From the NCBI RefSeq assembly GCF_006345805.1, contig NC_043001.1, positions 40,052,001-40,116,000 of the forward strand: a stretch of 64,000 bases of DNA, in the 5' to 3' direction. Source of the DNA: Octopus sinensis. Its lineage: Eukaryota. Under the pieces are notes generated by a model. That model was not told where the DNA came from. It ran no database searches and was given only the letters and a program-made list of their open reading frames with translations. Shown in pieces: positions 61,166-64,000 of this stretch. Positions within the stretch are counted from its first letter, which is position 1. The number at the start of each line of letters is the position of its first letter. A program made the translations under genes and the position numbers.

Positions 61166-64000
61166 GTAAAAGTTTCCAAATGTAGTAAATAAAGTGTAAC
61201 TGTAAAGAGTTCAATATAATCAAACGTATTACTATCATAAGCAATATAATTGAGAATTAAATGTTTAAGAAACTTGTTTTAAATTGTAAAAAAAGAAAAA
61301 CTATGATTTCTTAGATTCATACATAGTCACATATTTGTAGAGGGTGTAGTTTATTCAATTAGGATCACAAACAGACAAATGTATTGGGTACCAGATATAA
61401 ACTCTATGTAGTCATTTAATCTATTAGAAATAGCAACAAAATCTCCTTCAAATCACACCCTACTGTCTTTTTAAAGAAAAAAAAAACAGGATAATCTAGT
61501 CTGAGGCATGTTTCTAAAAGGACCAGTTAGTCATACCTTTGATTGTAGGTCTGTTCAGTCAAGATGTGGGACTAAAAACAACAATTAGTTGAGAAGTAAA
61601 TAGTTGATATCTTACCACTGTTATTACATGTGTCCTTGGCCAAGATATTTGACTCTTACACAAATACCGGTATGTCAAATACTATACAACAAAGGTTTTT
61701 TGACTTATCAAAACTATTTCTGCCTTTGGAGGATATATTATAATTACCAAATGACAGTTATGACCAGCTCCACTTGAGAAGTGGGGATAAACTCAAGTTT
61801 CAAGGACTCTTCAAAACGAACATGCCATTAAGAACAAAAAAAAAGCATATTGTCTGGAGAAAAGAGGGTAGTTGTGGACACATTTTCTGTCTCTGGTGCT
61901 GTGTAAAAGCACCCAGCCATAGGAAGTATGTCACAACAATTGGAGTTTGGACAGTTCCATGTCAAACCATCTAACCCATGCCAGCATAGAAAACAGACAT
62001 TAAATGATGATGATGACTTTATTTAAATACATGCTCCTGACCACTTAGCTCATTTTTGTTTAAATCATGCAAATCACCAAGGTCATGATTACTGTTTGCT
62101 ACAAGTCTAAGTACCATGGCTGCTGGAAATAAGATCAGATGACTGTTATGCTGTTAAAGGCTCTTGTATCAGAGACTTGTACATGACTGTGTGCTTATCT
62201 CCGGACAAGAAGCTTGTCCTTTTCCTTAATGGTATGTCAGTTTAGGAAATATCTTGAGATTATCTCCTCTTTTCAAATGGAGTTGGTCATAATTGCCATT
62301 TTGTATTTATGATACATTCTCTAGAGGTGGAGATAATTTTAAGATATCAAGAATTTTTGTTGTATGGTATTTTAAATATTTCTATTTGTCTATGTATTCA
62401 AACACATGCACCTTGTCACTTTAGTTATTTCTCTTAAATGGTTTGCTGAAAATAGGTACTATATTGTAGGAGCAACTCACTGTTGTAAGTAGTGATAGCA
62501 CTATAAATGAGTGTTTCATTAGTTTGTGGTAGTGAATTTAATTCCTCTTCTATGTATAGCTTGAGAAATTGCTTCCACCAGGCTGGTTTTCCCCCAAGAT
62601 ACACTACATTAAGACAGTTTTCAATGAAGTCCATGTAGTTATTATATAGTCATTTAAACTTATCTACATTAATGTTCATTTTTCTTGAAATAACACCATG
62701 ATTTCTCAATGAATCTTTACCAAAATTTGCAGACATACCAGTTCATTCCAGAATAATGCATGAAGGAAAAACTGAAATTAAAGGTCTCTCTGAGGGCAAT
62801 ATCTGTACATTTTGTAATATACATACTCAGCAAGACAGACTCATACAAACAATAATATATATATCTTTGAGTTCAACAAACTATCACTTTTGCACAAGGT
62901 GCTGTACAGTGGGACTGAACTCAAAATGAAAATAATTTCTGCACGATTATTAACTTTAGTTTAGAAATAAAATTTTCAAGTTTAATACTTTGTATACATC
63001 CAAGAATAAGATACCTAATAATTAAAATATTTTCATCTTTTAAAATGAGGTGAATAGTTCAAAGAAATCTTTGAGTTTTTTTTTAATATTATTAGGTATG
63101 TCTTTTTTTTTTCTGCATCAATAGAGTATAATGATGTTTTTCAAACCTTGTATGTATCATGTTGAAAGAATGTTACAGTATCTGATTGCTGTAGTATTTC
63201 AACATACCTCAGTGGAATATAATAAATCTCCCAAATTATTTCAAGTAATTTCAACAGAACAAAAAGCACCCACCCACACACACACACACACACAAATATG
63301 CATTTATGCAATAAAAAAAAGAAAAACAAAACATTTGATTCAGTCTTTATTGATTTTTTTTTTATTCATTTGCTAAATTTGCAACTGGAAGAAAAAAGCT
63401 CAATTGAAATGACAATTTTCAATTAACAATTCAAGATGTCTGTACATATAATTTGTAAATTTGAAACAATATATGACAATATATTTTTTAATAAAAATAT
63501 ATTGGGCTGTAGTTAACTTATGTCATAATGATCATATACAAAATATAATGAAAACAAATTATTATTCATTAGAGAACTGCTGTTTGTAAAATCCTAATGT
63601 ACAGAGTGGGGGTAATAGTATTAAGATCAGTTGTTACATAAATCAAAGTTGTTCAATCTTTATGGAAAGAAACAATAACATAACTTAGTACATACTAAAA
63701 ATAAAGTGAAATATAATTAAGGCATCTGAGAAGGTTAAGTTTATTTAATGGGTTCATTTTTACCTCTAAGTAAGCAAGCTAATGAGTATAAAACTTCAGA
63801 TTAAAATCTATATTTCCAATTCAAATATGAAACTCAATTTCATGATTTAAAAAATATAGAGATTTTCTTTTCATACTAAAACTCCTAATTATAAATTACT
63901 TTACCTGCTGGGAAATTTTGTGTGTGCATGTTTGTGTGCGTAACTAACATAACCTTTTGAGAAGGCTAAATAAAATATTTAAGTACCTACAATTTCTAAA

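Overview
AT-rich, intron-containing animal genomic DNA. The SINE and microsatellite landscape looks like Octopus/coleoid cephalopod (inferred from recognised repeats, not a database result). Two complete multi-exon genes were reconstructed by hand; the ORF track misses most of their exons. (1) A tetraspanin on the minus strand: 8 coding exons, 26514->20681, 262 aa, with CCG, PYSCC, C and GC motifs in the large loop. (2) GATD1/PDDC1 (FERRY subunit Fy-5) on the plus strand: 7 coding exons, 46574->59944, 219 aa. The genes are divergent and separated by a TE-dense spacer of about 18.5 kb. The rest is decayed mobile DNA: RTE, Tx1/L1 and R4/Dong-like LINE fragments, three different Penelope-like elements (PLEs), a Gypsy element lacking RT-RNase H, a mariner relic, MITEs, several SINE families and many microsatellites. 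The most interesting unannotated signal is a set of six minimal type I hammerhead ribozyme motifs or relics in PLE terminal repeats (29494, 31479, 33690, 35665, 37033, 50180). They have palindromic stem III; four of them show an extra core A, and some have catalytic-core variants (CCGAUGA, CUGUUG-). Other notable points are a templated-insertion-like mosaic in GATD1 intron 6, a perfect 148-bp tandem duplication, and inverted SINE pairs that could form dsRNA. No rRNA, intact tRNA gene or CRISPR array was seen. TE boundaries are approximate; exon boundaries were checked base by base.
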